Shown here one piece after another: positions 9,394 to 18,882 of a stretch of 64,000 nucleotides of DNA. Source of the DNA: Anaerolineae bacterium (GTDB lineage: Bacteria; Chloroflexota; Anaerolineae; B4-G1; SLSP01); the NCBI GenBank assembly GCA_016926915.1, contig JAFGNR010000040.1, positions 230-64,229 of the forward strand, read 5' to 3'. Below the pieces are notes generated by a model. The model saw only the letters and a program-made list of their open reading frames with translations. It did no database searches and was not told where the DNA came from. Positions within the stretch are counted from its first letter, which is position 1, and every line of letters starts with the position of its first letter. The position numbers were made by a program, and so were the translations under genes.

Positions 9394-10605
9394 ATGGATG
9401 ACGTGAACCAGGCGTTTCGCCAACGCATCGCGCTCCTCGAAAACCTCATTGCCATCAGCCGGAGGCTGAACTCTACGCTAGAAATGCGCTCTCTGCTGGC
9501 GCAGATTGTCGATGCCGCCAGCGAGCTCCTGCGCGCCGACGCCGCTTCTATCCTGCTCGTCGTGGATGCCGACACACTCAACTTTGCCGCCTCCTGCGGG
9601 CCGGCGACCCCCTATCTGACCGGGGTGCCGGTGCCCATTGCCGGAAGCCTGGCGGGTTGGGTCGTGCAACACAATGAAACTGCCATTGTCGAGGATACCC
9701 AGGTAGATTCCCGACTGTTTTCGATCCAAAACGCAACGGCCCCCGCCTCCATTGTCGCCGTTCCCCTCTCGTTCGGCGACCAGATCATCGGCGTTCTGGA
9801 GAGCCTCACCTTTCATGAGCACCGCCACTTCACCTCCCAGGACGTAGAAACGCTCAAAACGCTGGCCAGTATCGCTGCGGTCGCCGTGCAAAACGCACGG
9901 CTTTTCCAGCAAAGCGATTGGATCGCGCAAATCGTCCACGAACTGCGCACGCCGCTCACGTCAATCCTCTCCTACGCCGATCTCCTCGACCGCCCGGATC
10001 TCAAGCCGGAAATGCAACAGCAGTTCTCGAAGATCATTCAACACGAGACGGAACGCGTCATCCTGCTTGTCGACCAATTCCTCGATCTGGCACAGCTGGA
10101 GTCCGGGCGGATGATCATGGAACCCGAACATCTGGACTTTCAGGCCCTCTGTTTACATGCTGTGGACGTCGTGCGCCCGCAAGCCCGGGAAAAAGCGATG
10201 ACGCTACACGTTGACGTACCTTCGCGAACTCCTGAAATCCTCGGCGACCCCCAGCGAATAGAGCAAGTGCTGCTCAATCTGCTAGCCAATGCCCTCAAGT
10301 ATGCCGGGCGCGGGACACCCGTCCACCTGACCGGGTCCGTTGAGGAAGATCACGTCAGACTCGACGTCAGCGACGCCGGTCCGGGTATTCCAGAGGCTTA
10401 CATCGATCACGTCTTCGAGAAATTCTCCAGATTGCCGGGCAGCCAGAAACAAGCGCCGGGGTCAGGGCTGGGGCTGAGTATTGCCAGGCGCATCGTGGAA
10501 GCCCATGGCGGGCGCATCTGGGTGCAAAGCGCCATCGGCAAAGGCAGCACCTTCAGTTTCACGCTGCCATTTGATCCTGCGCGCCCATCCGGTCCCGGCG
10601 AATGA
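9394..10605 (+). CDS. Sensor histidine kinase with N-terminal GAF domain
   Basis: The GAF region covers about residues 30-170. H-box [17 protein letters not shown]. HATPase_c N/G1/G2 boxes ([33 protein letters not shown]). No TM segment, so it is cytoplasmic. Confidence 0.85.
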   Translation: MDDVNQAFRQRIALLENLIAISRRLNSTLEMRSLLAQIVDAASELLRADAASILLVVDADTLNFAASCGPATPYLTGVPVPIAGSLAGWVVQHNETAIVEDTQVDSRLFSIQNATAPASIVAVPLSFGDQIIGVLESLTFHEHRHFTSQDVETLKTLASIAAVAVQNARLFQQSDWIAQIVHELRTPLTSILSYADLLDRPDLKPEMQQQFSKIIQHETERVILLVDQFLDLAQLESGRMIMEPEHLDFQALCLHAVDVVRPQAREKAMTLHVDVPSRTPEILGDPQRIEQVLLNLLANALKYAGRGTPVHLTGSVEEDHVRLDVSDAGPGIPEAYIDHVFEKFSRLPGSQKQAPGSGLGLSIARRIVEAHGGRIWVQSAIGKGSTFSFTLPFDPARPSGPGE

Positions 10606-10686
10606 TAAAGCCTTGGGGCCCGGCCGGGGTGCGGTTCACTTTGGTTAGCGCTTTACAAAACCTGAATTTGTGGTATGATCTTCTGG

Positions 10687-10722
10687 CCTGTGAGTGCGCA
10701 GCAACCGCACTCTCGGGTTTTT
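10687..10722 (+). terminator. Rho-independent terminator between the kinase gene and greA
   Basis: Stem cctgtgagtgcg/cgcactctcggg (11 of 12 bp), loop cagcaac, followed immediately by T6 (10717-10722). A sigma70-like TTTACA-16-TATGAT (10655-10682, with TGn) sits just upstream, so the hairpin could also be a greA leader terminator. Confidence 0.55.
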
Positions 10723-10771
10723 TGTATATAAAGGCCGCACGAATAGCCAGGAGCGGAGGGAATGGAGTACA

Positions 10772-11245
10772 ATGAGTGAACGCCCGGTATATCTCACCCC
10801 AGAAGGATACGATCAACTTCACAAAGAACTGAATACGCTCAAGACCGTCGATAGACAACGTGTTGCCCAACGGCTGCACGATGCATTGGCCGAAGGGGAA
10901 CTGATCGAAAACGCGGAGCTGGAAGATGCACGGCGCGAACAGTCTTTTGTGGAAAGCCGGATCTATGCGCTCGAACAACAATTGCGCTATGCAGCGATTA
11001 TCGAGAAGCCAGAGACACAAGCGGGCGTCGTCACGCTAGGTAGTCACGTCACAGTCTGTGAAGTGGGCGGCGCAGAGCCCGAGGAATACGACGTCGTGGG
11101 TTCCGCCGAAGCTTCCCCCATCCATGGTAGAATCTCGAACGAATCTCCGCTGGGGAAAGCACTGCTGGGCAAACGCATAGGCGACAAGGCAACCGTCCGG
11201 GCGCCGGATGGCGACATCGTTTTCGAGATCCTCGCAGTACACTAA
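10772..11245 (+). CDS. greA: Transcription elongation factor GreA
   Basis: 157 aa. The N-terminal coiled-coil carries the acidic tip (ENAELEDARREQ), followed by an FKBP-like C-domain. ATG at 10772 with RBS GGAGGG. Confidence 0.9.
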   Translation: MSERPVYLTPEGYDQLHKELNTLKTVDRQRVAQRLHDALAEGELIENAELEDARREQSFVESRIYALEQQLRYAAIIEKPETQAGVVTLGSHVTVCEVGGAEPEEYDVVGSAEASPIHGRISNESPLGKALLGKRIGDKATVRAPDGDIVFEILAVH

Positions 11246-11269
11246 TTTAGAACGATCAACCGAACCGGA

Positions 11270-11308
11270 CAAGCCCATACTCCGAAATAGTGTATGGGCT
11301 TGTTTTTC
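11270..11308 (+). terminator. Rho-independent terminator after greA
   Basis: Stem caagcccatac/gtatgggcttg (11 bp), 11-nt loop, then TTTTT. Confidence 0.7.
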
Positions 11309-11336
11309 GCCAGGAAGCACAAAAGGAGCAACCTGT

Positions 11337-12845
11337 ATGGACCTGAATGAATTGGAGCAAACCCGATTAGAGAAAATCGCACTGTTGCAGGCCGCCCACG
11401 TGGCGCCCTACCCCCATCGCGTCCAACGCACCCATACGACGGCAGCAGCAGTGCAAGCGTTCATAGAGGCAGAAGCGCAGGCAAGCGCGGCGCCTGATGT
11501 GACCGTGGCGGGACGCTTGGTCAGCATCCGCATCATGGGCAAGGTCACGTTCGCTCACATCGAGGATGGTCACGGTAGAATCCAACTATTCCTACGCGCC
11601 AATCAGCTAGAACCCGGTTATGAGCTCTTCAAGAAGGCATTCGATCTGGGCGACTTCATCGAAGCCACAGGAGCATTGATGCGCACGCGATCGGGAGAGA
11701 TCAGCGTCCAGGTGACGAACTTCCGCATGCTGGCCAAGGCCCTGACGCCCCTACCAATCCCCAAAGAGTACACGGACGCATCGGGTGAAGTCGCCCGCTA
11801 TGGCGCCTTTTCCGATGTCGAGGAGCGCTACCGGCAGCGGTATGCCGATCTGGCGGTCAACCCTGAGGTTCGCGGCATCTTCCGGATCCGTTCGCGCATG
11901 ATCACCGCGCTCCGCCGGTGGCTCGATCAACACGACTATCTCGAGGTCGAAACGCCCATCCTGCAACCGATTTACGGCGGCGCGGCAGCGCGCCCCTTCA
12001 CGACACATCACAACCAACTCAAACAAGACCTCTATCTGCGTATTTCGTTCGAATTGTATCTGAAACGCCTGCTGGTTGGCATGTACGAACGGGTCTACGA
12101 AATCGGTCGCGATTTCAGGAATGAAGGTGTTTCGTTCAAACACAATCCGGAATTTACGCAGCTGGAACTTTATTGCGCCTACACCGATCTGTTCGGGATG
12201 ATGGAAACGGTCGAGCAGATGCTTTCCAGCATCGTGGAGGACGTATTAGGAACGCCGCAGCTAACCTACCAGGGCCATGGCATCGACATGACCCCACCCT
12301 GGCGGCGAGCAAATCTGCGAGACCTCATCCTGGAGCATACCGGCATCGACTATGTGCTATTCCCAGAGGCCGCTGACCTGCGTACAGAGATGCGCCGGCG
12401 GGGATATGACGCCGCCGCCAATGCGACCTGGGGACACCTTGTCGACGCGCTACTCTCCGAGGTCGAACCCTCGCTGATCCAACCAACATTTGTCCATGCT
12501 TACCCGGTAGAAATCTCCCCCCTGGCGAAGCAGAAACCGGATGATCCCACCCACGTCGAGCGATTCGAACTCTTCATCGGAGGCATTGAAATGGGCAACG
12601 CGTTCACCGAACTCAATGACCCTCTCGAACAAGAGCAGCGCTTTATACAGCAAGGACGCGCCTACGAAGCCGGCGACGAAGAGGCGCAACCCATGGATGA
12701 AGACTACCTGCGGGCTATGAAATATGGCATGCCGCCCAACGGAGGATTTGGGCTGGGCATCGATCGGCTGGCCATGTTATTGACCGACCGCCGTTCGATT
12801 CGGGAAGTCCTCCTCTATCCGCATCTGCGCACAAAAGAGACCTGA
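11337..12845 (+). CDS. lysS: Lysyl-tRNA synthetase, class II
   Basis: N-terminal OB anticodon-binding domain, then class II motifs 1 (VETPIL), 2 (FRNEG...F.HNPEFTQLELY) and 3 (GGFGLGIDRLAMLL). ATG at 11337 with RBS AAAGGAG. Confidence 0.95.
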   Translation: MDLNELEQTRLEKIALLQAAHVAPYPHRVQRTHTTAAAVQAFIEAEAQASAAPDVTVAGRLVSIRIMGKVTFAHIEDGHGRIQLFLRANQLEPGYELFKKAFDLGDFIEATGALMRTRSGEISVQVTNFRMLAKALTPLPIPKEYTDASGEVARYGAFSDVEERYRQRYADLAVNPEVRGIFRIRSRMITALRRWLDQHDYLEVETPILQPIYGGAAARPFTTHHNQLKQDLYLRISFELYLKRLLVGMYERVYEIGRDFRNEGVSFKHNPEFTQLELYCAYTDLFGMMETVEQMLSSIVEDVLGTPQLTYQGHGIDMTPPWRRANLRDLILEHTGIDYVLFPEAADLRTEMRRRGYDAAANATWGHLVDALLSEVEPSLIQPTFVHAYPVEISPLAKQKPDDPTHVERFELFIGGIEMGNAFTELNDPLEQEQRFIQQGRAYEAGDEEAQPMDEDYLRAMKYGMPPNGGFGLGIDRLAMLLTDRRSIREVLLYPHLRTKET

Positions 12846-12880
12846 GTTACCCGTACCTCTGCAACAACGACCGGTGCAAC

Positions 12881-12950
12881 AAAAAAGACGCCGGAGAACG
12901 TGGCGCCCCCGCGTGATGCAGGACACGTTCCCCGGCGTCCCGGGGGCGCC
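12881..12950 (-). terminator. Strong rho-independent terminator for the HD-domain gene, with a possible bidirectional role for lysS
   Basis: On the minus strand a 16-bp stem (12924-12939 pairs with 12887-12902, one G-U) is followed by U6 (plus-strand A6 at 12881-12886). A nested ggcgcccccg/cgggggcgcc repeat is also present. Confidence 0.65.
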
Positions 12951-12961
12951 AGATAGCGTTT

Positions 12962-13594
12962 CTACAGCTCACCGGATACTTCGGCATCCAGACGCCGAAA
13001 AAACGCCGCCATGAAGCGATGTCGCTCATCGGCAATCGCGCGCCCGGAGGACGTGTATAAACGCTCCTTGAGCCGCGATAGCTTGACGACAAATTCGTGA
13101 ACCGGTGTATGCGATGAAGGATCATCGCCTTCCGTATCCCAGCGCGCTCGATCCACGGAATCCAGCGGCGCCCAGAGTCGCTGGTTATGCGCCCCGCCAT
13201 AGGCAAAGGCCCGCGCCACCCCGACAGCCCCCAGAGCATCGAGTTTGTCGGCATCGAACAGACACTGCGCTTCCAGCGTCTGCGGCGCCGGCAGGGTGCG
13301 AAAGCGGTGCGCAGCAATAGCGTGAACAACCGCCTCAACCCAGGCAGATTCCGCGTCCTGAAGAAACCGGCGCGCCCGCCCGGCCGCAAACGCCGCGTGA
13401 TCTTCGCCCAGAGACTCCGCCTCTGCACGCCCCCAATCGTGGAGCAAAGCGGCCGTCCGCACGACGGACGAATCGGCCCCTTCCAGCGCAGCGATCCGTT
13501 CTGCCAACTGCAGCACGCGAAGAATGTGATCGAAATCATGCACACTATCTGAACCGGCATAGAGCGCCTGAGCCTGTTCCACCGTCAGCTGCAT
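12962..13594 (-). CDS. HD-domain phosphohydrolase
   Basis: H..HD motif (FDHILRV ... AALLHDWGR). Confidence 0.6.
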   Translation of the reverse strand: MQLTVEQAQALYAGSDSVHDFDHILRVLQLAERIAALEGADSSVVRTAALLHDWGRAEAESLGEDHAAFAAGRARRFLQDAESAWVEAVVHAIAAHRFRTLPAPQTLEAQCLFDADKLDALGAVGVARAFAYGGAHNQRLWAPLDSVDRARWDTEGDDPSSHTPVHEFVVKLSRLKERLYTSSGRAIADERHRFMAAFFRRLDAEVSGEL

Positions 13595-13635
13595 CCCCAG
13601 CTCCTTTCCGGATAGCCATATCGGACCCTAATGCA

Positions 13636-13663
13636 AGTAAAAAGCGGACCTTTCGGCCCGCTC
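13636..13663 (-). terminator. Rho-independent terminator after the downstream LysM-M23 peptidase
   Basis: Minus-strand hairpin gcgggcc-gaaa-ggtccgc followed by TTTTT. Confidence 0.55.
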
Positions 13664-13747
13664 CCACGCTTCCGCACGTGTGTGCAACGCTCAGCACTGT
13701 GTTGACTATCCCTGGCCTCCAAGAGGCATTCTTTCTCCTGACGAGCG

Positions 13748-14875
13748 TTATGGCAAATAGATCAAAGGGTTCGTGGGATAGCCGTTATACCGCACCTCGA
13801 AATGCAGGTGGGGTCCGGTGGAGTTCCCCGTGCTTCCCATCGCCCCCACCACCTGTCCGGCAGTGACCACCTGGCTTTCTACAACGAAGATGTTGCTGAG
13901 GTGCGCGTAGTAAGTCTGGTAGCCATTGCCATGATCTATGACCACCAGATAACCATAACCGACGTCTGTCCAGCCGGCGAAACTCACGTAACCGGCGTCC
14001 GAGGCTAGAATGGCAGCGCCGACAGCATTGGCAATGTCGATGGCGCGATGGCCATACCAGTACCCCTGGCTGATATACCCTGAGGCCGGCCAGAAGAAGA
14101 TCCCGACACCCGCCGTATAGTCTGGAACCGGGCCGCTATACGTGGTGACCGTCCGCGTCTCGTACGGTTTGGTGCCATTGGGAACAATGACCTTGAGCCC
14201 TACCGTCAACCGGCTGCCGTCCAGGGCATTGAAGGGGCACGCAACAATGTCTTCGGGGGCGACCTTGTATTTCTCGGCGACTTTCTGTAGCGTATCCCCG
14301 GCTTCGACGACGTGATAAACCCCATCGAGGGGCAGAATCACCAGTTCCTGCCCAACCTTGAGCAGATCCGGCGCCTTCTCCAGTTCAGGGTTCGACCACA
14401 TGATGGTCGTGGGCTGAAGACCGAAGGCGGCTGCGATTGATTCCGTCGTGTCGCCGGGCTGCACCATGTAGGTAACAATATCCAGGCGCGGTCGATCCGG
14501 AATTGCTGTATGGGGTTGGGCCTGACGTGAGATCTGCACCTGAAGTCCTGCGTTGGAATAGGTGCGAGTAACCGGGCTGTACTCTACTCCCCCTGAGGGG
14601 ACGACGCCTTGATCGCCAGGAGGTTGGGCCGCTGCCCAGGATGTCGTACGGGGGGAGTCTTTGGAAACCTGTACATTACTCAGCGCGAGAAGTAACCCCA
14701 ACGTGAGAGCCAAAGCAACGTGAGCCGTCATCCGCCCCAGAATCGGGCGTTGGCCCTCGCGATCCGAATTCCAGCGCCAGATCGCCACAGCCAATACAGC
14801 AATGGCGTGGGTCACAAATCGGCCACGCCATGCACATTCAGTCTGTTGTGGGGAAACCGTTTCTTGTGATGGCAT
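13748..14875 (-). CDS. LysM-domain M23 family metallopeptidase, paralog 1
   Basis: N-terminal TM segment, two LysM repeats (YMVQPGDTTESIAAAFGL; VVEAGDTLQKVAEKYKV) and a C-terminal M23 domain (HRAIDIA ... GSTGNSTGPHLHFEV). Start chosen at the ATG at 14875, which overlaps the upstream paralog's TAA as TAATG; the ORF-track start at 14968 would overlap that gene by 94 nt. Confidence 0.8.
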   Translation of the reverse strand: MPSQETVSPQQTECAWRGRFVTHAIAVLAVAIWRWNSDREGQRPILGRMTAHVALALTLGLLLALSNVQVSKDSPRTTSWAAAQPPGDQGVVPSGGVEYSPVTRTYSNAGLQVQISRQAQPHTAIPDRPRLDIVTYMVQPGDTTESIAAAFGLQPTTIMWSNPELEKAPDLLKVGQELVILPLDGVYHVVEAGDTLQKVAEKYKVAPEDIVACPFNALDGSRLTVGLKVIVPNGTKPYETRTVTTYSGPVPDYTAGVGIFFWPASGYISQGYWYGHRAIDIANAVGAAILASDAGYVSFAGWTDVGYGYLVVIDHGNGYQTYYAHLSNIFVVESQVVTAGQVVGAMGSTGNSTGPHLHFEVRYNGYPTNPLIYLP

Positions 14876-16071
14876 TAGGGTTCGTACAACAGCGGGTCTT
14901 GCGCCACACCATTGAAACGAATCTCGTAGTGAAGATGGGGCCCTGTGGACCAACCAGTGGTGCCACACGCACCCAGTACTTGTCCCTGGGTTACATACTG
15001 CCCCGCCGTGACGTAGATCGAATCAAAGTGGGCATAGCGTGTCGTGAAACCGTTGCCATGGTCAACACGCACCAGGTTACCATAGCCGCCGCTCCACCCG
15101 GAGAAAATCACAATTCCACTATCGGCCGCGTAAATCGCATCCCCAAGACTGCAGCGATAGTCAAGACCAATATGCCCTGGATTGCGCGGGTCATGGAAAT
15201 ACCATCCTGACACCGCATAGGATCCCGTGGGCAAGACAAACCACCCGCTGGCGCCGGTCATCGAAACATCGACGCTGCCGTAGTAACTCGTCGACTGCGC
15301 GACCATCACATTAGGAGGCGGAGGCGGGGGCTCCCAATCAAAATCAGGGCCAATACCGTTAGGGATAACCAGAAGCAACCCTTCTCGCAAGCGCGACTCA
15401 GGGTCAATAGCGTTCCAGACATTATAGAGACTGGAAACTTCTACTTCGTACGCTAATGCTATCTCCTCCAGGGTTTCTCCACGCGCTACGGTGTGATAAG
15501 CGCCGTCAATAGGAGGAATGGAGAGGATCAAGCCCGGCTGCAAATCCCAAGGCGCGCCCTGGAGAGTTTCCATATTCGACCAAACGATGGAATAGGGGGA
15601 CAATTCGAATTTCTCGGCAATGCCATATACAGTATCGCCGGCGCCTACCGTGTAAGTGATGACTTCAAGGCGCACCCGCTCGGGAACTGTCGTATATGGA
15701 ACAGCGCGACGAGAAATCGCGCCCTGTGATTGAGAGGTTACATGACGAACCGTAGCGCCGCTAAACCCTACAGCAGTAGGAGTGGCTACGGGTTCTGCAA
15801 CGACTTGCAGCGCCGAGGGACTAGCAACATTAGCAACGCTTACCGGCGTCAGGGTGGCTTGCCCTACCAGGAACAAGAGGACCACCAACACCAACAGACC
15901 CAGATGCGCGCTGTAGCGTCCTAACATGGACGCAATGGACCTGCGGTCACTCTGCAACCGCCAGGCCCAGGCTATTCCCTTTGCCATGAGATGCGCCAGG
16001 CTACCGATAGCTACTCCCGGATCCTCGCCCATCACTGTTTCTAAAGATTCTGTACTATTATCCATAGTCAT
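14875..16071 (-). CDS. LysM-domain M23 family metallopeptidase, paralog 2
   Basis: Same architecture: a cytoplasmic N-terminus, a TM segment (LGLLVLVVLLFLVG), two LysM repeats (YTVGAGDTVYGIAEKFEL; HTVARGETLEEIALAYEV) and M23 (HIGLDY ... GTTGWSTGPHLHYEI). Confidence 0.8.
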   Translation of the reverse strand: MTMDNSTESLETVMGEDPGVAIGSLAHLMAKGIAWAWRLQSDRRSIASMLGRYSAHLGLLVLVVLLFLVGQATLTPVSVANVASPSALQVVAEPVATPTAVGFSGATVRHVTSQSQGAISRRAVPYTTVPERVRLEVITYTVGAGDTVYGIAEKFELSPYSIVWSNMETLQGAPWDLQPGLILSIPPIDGAYHTVARGETLEEIALAYEVEVSSLYNVWNAIDPESRLREGLLLVIPNGIGPDFDWEPPPPPPNVMVAQSTSYYGSVDVSMTGASGWFVLPTGSYAVSGWYFHDPRNPGHIGLDYRCSLGDAIYAADSGIVIFSGWSGGYGNLVRVDHGNGFTTRYAHFDSIYVTAGQYVTQGQVLGACGTTGWSTGPHLHYEIRFNGVAQDPLLYEP

Positions 16072-16300
16072 ATAGGTTGCGGGACCACAACAGTCGTATT
16101 ATAGCATGGCAAGGGGCAAAACGCAACGCGCCAATCTGACGATTTCCTTATGAGTTGGTAAAAACAGCCCCCAAATTGGTAAAAATACCCTAACTTTGGG
16201 AAAGTGCGTCTCACAACGAGCGCCGGGCGTCGTTCTCCGGCGAACGCCAGATCGTTTGAGAGCAGGAACCCCGTCTTGAATCGCCCCTATACCAAACTGC

Positions 16301-16329
16301 TTGACATGCGTCCCAGCCATGAGATAATC
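16301..16329 (+). promoter_or_regulatory. sigma70 promoter for trxA
   Basis: TTGACA (16301-16306), 16-nt spacer, GATAAT (16323-16328). This gives a roughly 90-nt 5' UTR. Confidence 0.5.
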
Positions 16330-16429
16330 TCCGTAGTTACATGAGGCATTGGGATCGCAAATCAAGGATTGGTAGAGAATTCGGCGCGCGCGTCTTCTCC
16401 AGCATTCGTCGTGAAAGGTAGGTAAGCAA

Positions 16430-16750
16430 ATGGCAGATCTGAAAGCAGTTGACTCCCAAAATTTCGCGTCTGAGGTATTGCAGGCCGCGGGGCCGGTACT
16501 TGTGGATTTCTGGGCCTCCTGGTGCCCTCCATGCCGCGCTCTGGCCCCTACCCTTGAAGAGCTGGCCCGCGAGGAAAGCCGGCTGCAAATCGTCAAGGTC
16601 AGCGTGGAGGAAGAACGGGAGCTCCCCGGCAAATATGGCGTCATGAATATCCCCACGATGATTCTATTCAAAAACGGTCAGGAAGTAGCCCGAATTGTAG
16701 GAAACCGCAGCAAGCGGAAACTTCTCCAAGAGTTGGAACCCCACCTGTAG
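16430..16750 (+). CDS. trxA: Thioredoxin
   Basis: 106 aa with the WCPPC active site (DFWASWCPPCRALAP). Confidence 0.95.
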   Translation: MADLKAVDSQNFASEVLQAAGPVLVDFWASWCPPCRALAPTLEELAREESRLQIVKVSVEEERELPGKYGVMNIPTMILFKNGQEVARIVGNRSKRKLLQELEPHL

Positions 16751-16871
16751 ATACCGGTCGTCACTTAGCATACACAGGCCCGCCGCAACTGGAGCGCTGG
16801 GCCTGTGTATTGTATCTACTGCGCAGCTCCCCATCAGGCAGCAACGGCCTCTCAGACGTGCTCTGCAAGTG

Positions 16872-18329
16872 TCAGGACGCCGGGGAGAACCCATTTTCGG
16901 TAATGAAGTCCTCGACCGTCATCCCTTGAGTACGAGCTGCTCTTTCCATGTCGCGCAGCCGCCGGGCAAATCGCATATTGGCCTCACGTAGTGCGCTTTC
17001 CGGTTCAATCCCACGCCAGCGCAGCCAGTTCGCCACGGCAAACAGTAGTTCCCCCGCAGCAGGGAAGCCCCCAGCAGCACCCTCAGCACCGGCAAAAGCT
17101 TCTACAGCGTGTCGCACATCTGCTACGACCGCATCCAGGTCCGGAGCATCAAGTCGCACACGTCGCGCGCGATCCGCATAAGCATACGACTGGGCCAAAG
17201 CCGGCAACGTGCGCGGCACACCATCCAGAAGCGAACGCTCTCGTTGACCATTCTTCTCGCGTTCCTGCCTTTTGATGGCCTCCCAGTTGAGCGTTACTTC
17301 CTCAGATCCCGAGACCTCGAGGCCGCCCCAGACATGTGGATGCCGGTGTTTGATCTTGGCATCGATTCCGGAAATGACTTCAGGCATGCGGAATTCACCG
17401 TATTCCGTAGCAATCTGGGCGTGCAGGACGATTTGCAGCAGCAAGTCCCCGAGTTCTTCCTGAAGCGCCGCCACATCATCATGGTCGATCGCGTCAAGCA
17501 CTTCATAGGCTTCTTCGAGCAAGTTGGTTCGCAAGCTCTGGTGGGTCTGCTCGCGGTCCCAGGGACAGCCGTCAGGAGCACGCAGGCGAGCAATGGTTTC
17601 CTGAAAACCTGCGAAACTGCTGACCGTTGGAAGCCCCGGCACGTAGAGTGAGCTCAAAGGCCCCAGATCGCGACGGTCGATCTCATACAACGGCAGCCAG
17701 CTGACCGATTCTGCGGCTGTTCCCGCAGCCTCAACCAACGCGACCCCATGCTCATCGGGATACTGGTTCATGAGTGTCAACTTCAGCTCTGAAGCAACCG
17801 CGCGGCTGTACACCTGCGCGATCAACGCCGGGAAATCCGGATTGACCTGTGGATGAGAAAACGCCATGACGTCAAGAGCATCCAGGATTTGGAGACCTTC
17901 CACGAGATCGACCCAAGGTTGGCCCGCCGGCCGTGAAACTTCCAGAGCCGTTAACAAGGGCTCGAGGAAACTCAAACCTGAAATGACCTGGGTTTGTATG
18001 CCTGATGTCCGGGCGGTTGCGAGAATACGCGGCACAGTGGCCTCGGCCACCAGCGGATGTCCGGGAACACCATACACCACCCCCGCTTCTCTGCGGCCAA
18101 GTTCCACCACTTGCCCGACGATGGCGTTGTACACCTCCTCGAAAGTACGCGAGGCTTCATACAACGCGTCAAATGAGTGAATCTGCAATCCGGCCGGGAA
18201 CCCGGATACAACCGGATGATGCGAGGTCCGCAGCCAGATCTCCTTGGCGGTGGATAACACAGTCCAGGCTGCGCGTGTGAGGTCCTCTGGATTTCCAGGC
18301 CCTAATCCTACGATCACGATGGATGACAT
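16872..18329 (-). CDS. mazG: YabN-like fusion: tetrapyrrole-methylase-like domain plus MazG nucleoside triphosphate pyrophosphohydrolase
   Basis: N-terminal MSSIVIVGLGPGNPEDLT methylase-like fold. C-terminal MazG motifs (RLRAPDGCPWDREQTHQSL ... EEAYE ... ELGDLLLQ). Confidence 0.8.
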   Translation of the reverse strand: MSSIVIVGLGPGNPEDLTRAAWTVLSTAKEIWLRTSHHPVVSGFPAGLQIHSFDALYEASRTFEEVYNAIVGQVVELGRREAGVVYGVPGHPLVAEATVPRILATARTSGIQTQVISGLSFLEPLLTALEVSRPAGQPWVDLVEGLQILDALDVMAFSHPQVNPDFPALIAQVYSRAVASELKLTLMNQYPDEHGVALVEAAGTAAESVSWLPLYEIDRRDLGPLSSLYVPGLPTVSSFAGFQETIARLRAPDGCPWDREQTHQSLRTNLLEEAYEVLDAIDHDDVAALQEELGDLLLQIVLHAQIATEYGEFRMPEVISGIDAKIKHRHPHVWGGLEVSGSEEVTLNWEAIKRQEREKNGQRERSLLDGVPRTLPALAQSYAYADRARRVRLDAPDLDAVVADVRHAVEAFAGAEGAAGGFPAAGELLFAVANWLRWRGIEPESALREANMRFARRLRDMERAARTQGMTVEDFITENGFSPAS

Positions 18330-18404
18330 ACTGCCTCCCGGTCTCTTTTCGCGTTCGTTCCACCCTCAGAGCACGCCAACCGGGTTTTCCCCGCGCGTGG
18401 CGGA

Positions 18405-18457
18405 CGCAGAAAACAAGGAGCAGGTAGGCGACGCGCGCACGTGTCGCCTACCTGCTT
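18405..18457 (-). terminator. Rho-independent terminator ending the rpsJ ... rpsI ribosomal superoperon
   Basis: Minus-strand 13-bp stem gcaggtaggcgac/gtcgcctacctgc followed by a U-rich tract. Confidence 0.7.
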
Positions 18458-18483
18458 GATACCGTATACAACCAAAACCGGAA

Positions 18484-18882
18484 TTAGCGCTTGGTGTATT
18501 GCGTGGCCTTGCGGGCACGACGCAGACCCGGCTTTTTGCGTTCCTTTTCACGCGCATCGCGGGTAAGTAACCCCGCCTTGCGCAACATCGGGCTGAAATC
18601 GGCATTGTACTTGAGTAAAGCACGCGCCGCTCCCATGCGAGCCGCTTCAGACTGCCCGGTGATCCCACCGCCATCGATCACAATCGTCATGTCGAACTGG
18701 CCGGCAGTCTGGGTCGCCTCAAAGGGCGCCACAAGGCAATAGCGGTCGATATCGCGACCAAAGAATTCCTGGTAATCCTTACCATTGACGAGCATCTGAC
18801 CGCTGCCGCCAGGATAAATGCGCACACGCGCGGTTGCCCGCTTGCGCCGCCCGATGCCTTCGAAGTACTGTCGTCCTTCCAT
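18484..18882 (-). CDS. rpsI: 30S ribosomal protein S9
   Basis: C-terminal ...RKKPGLRRARKATQYTKR. The start overlaps the rplM stop as TAATG. Confidence 0.95.
   Translation of the reverse strand: MEGRQYFEGIGRRKRATARVRIYPGGSGQMLVNGKDYQEFFGRDIDRYCLVAPFEATQTAGQFDMTIVIDGGGITGQSEAARMGAARALLKYNADFSPMLRKAGLLTRDAREKERKKPGLRRARKATQYTKR

Noticed and set aside
16099-16671. 190-aa minus-strand ORF across the trxA promoter and trxA
   Set aside because: Antisense to trxA and spanning its promoter. Low-complexity Ser/Arg-rich translation.
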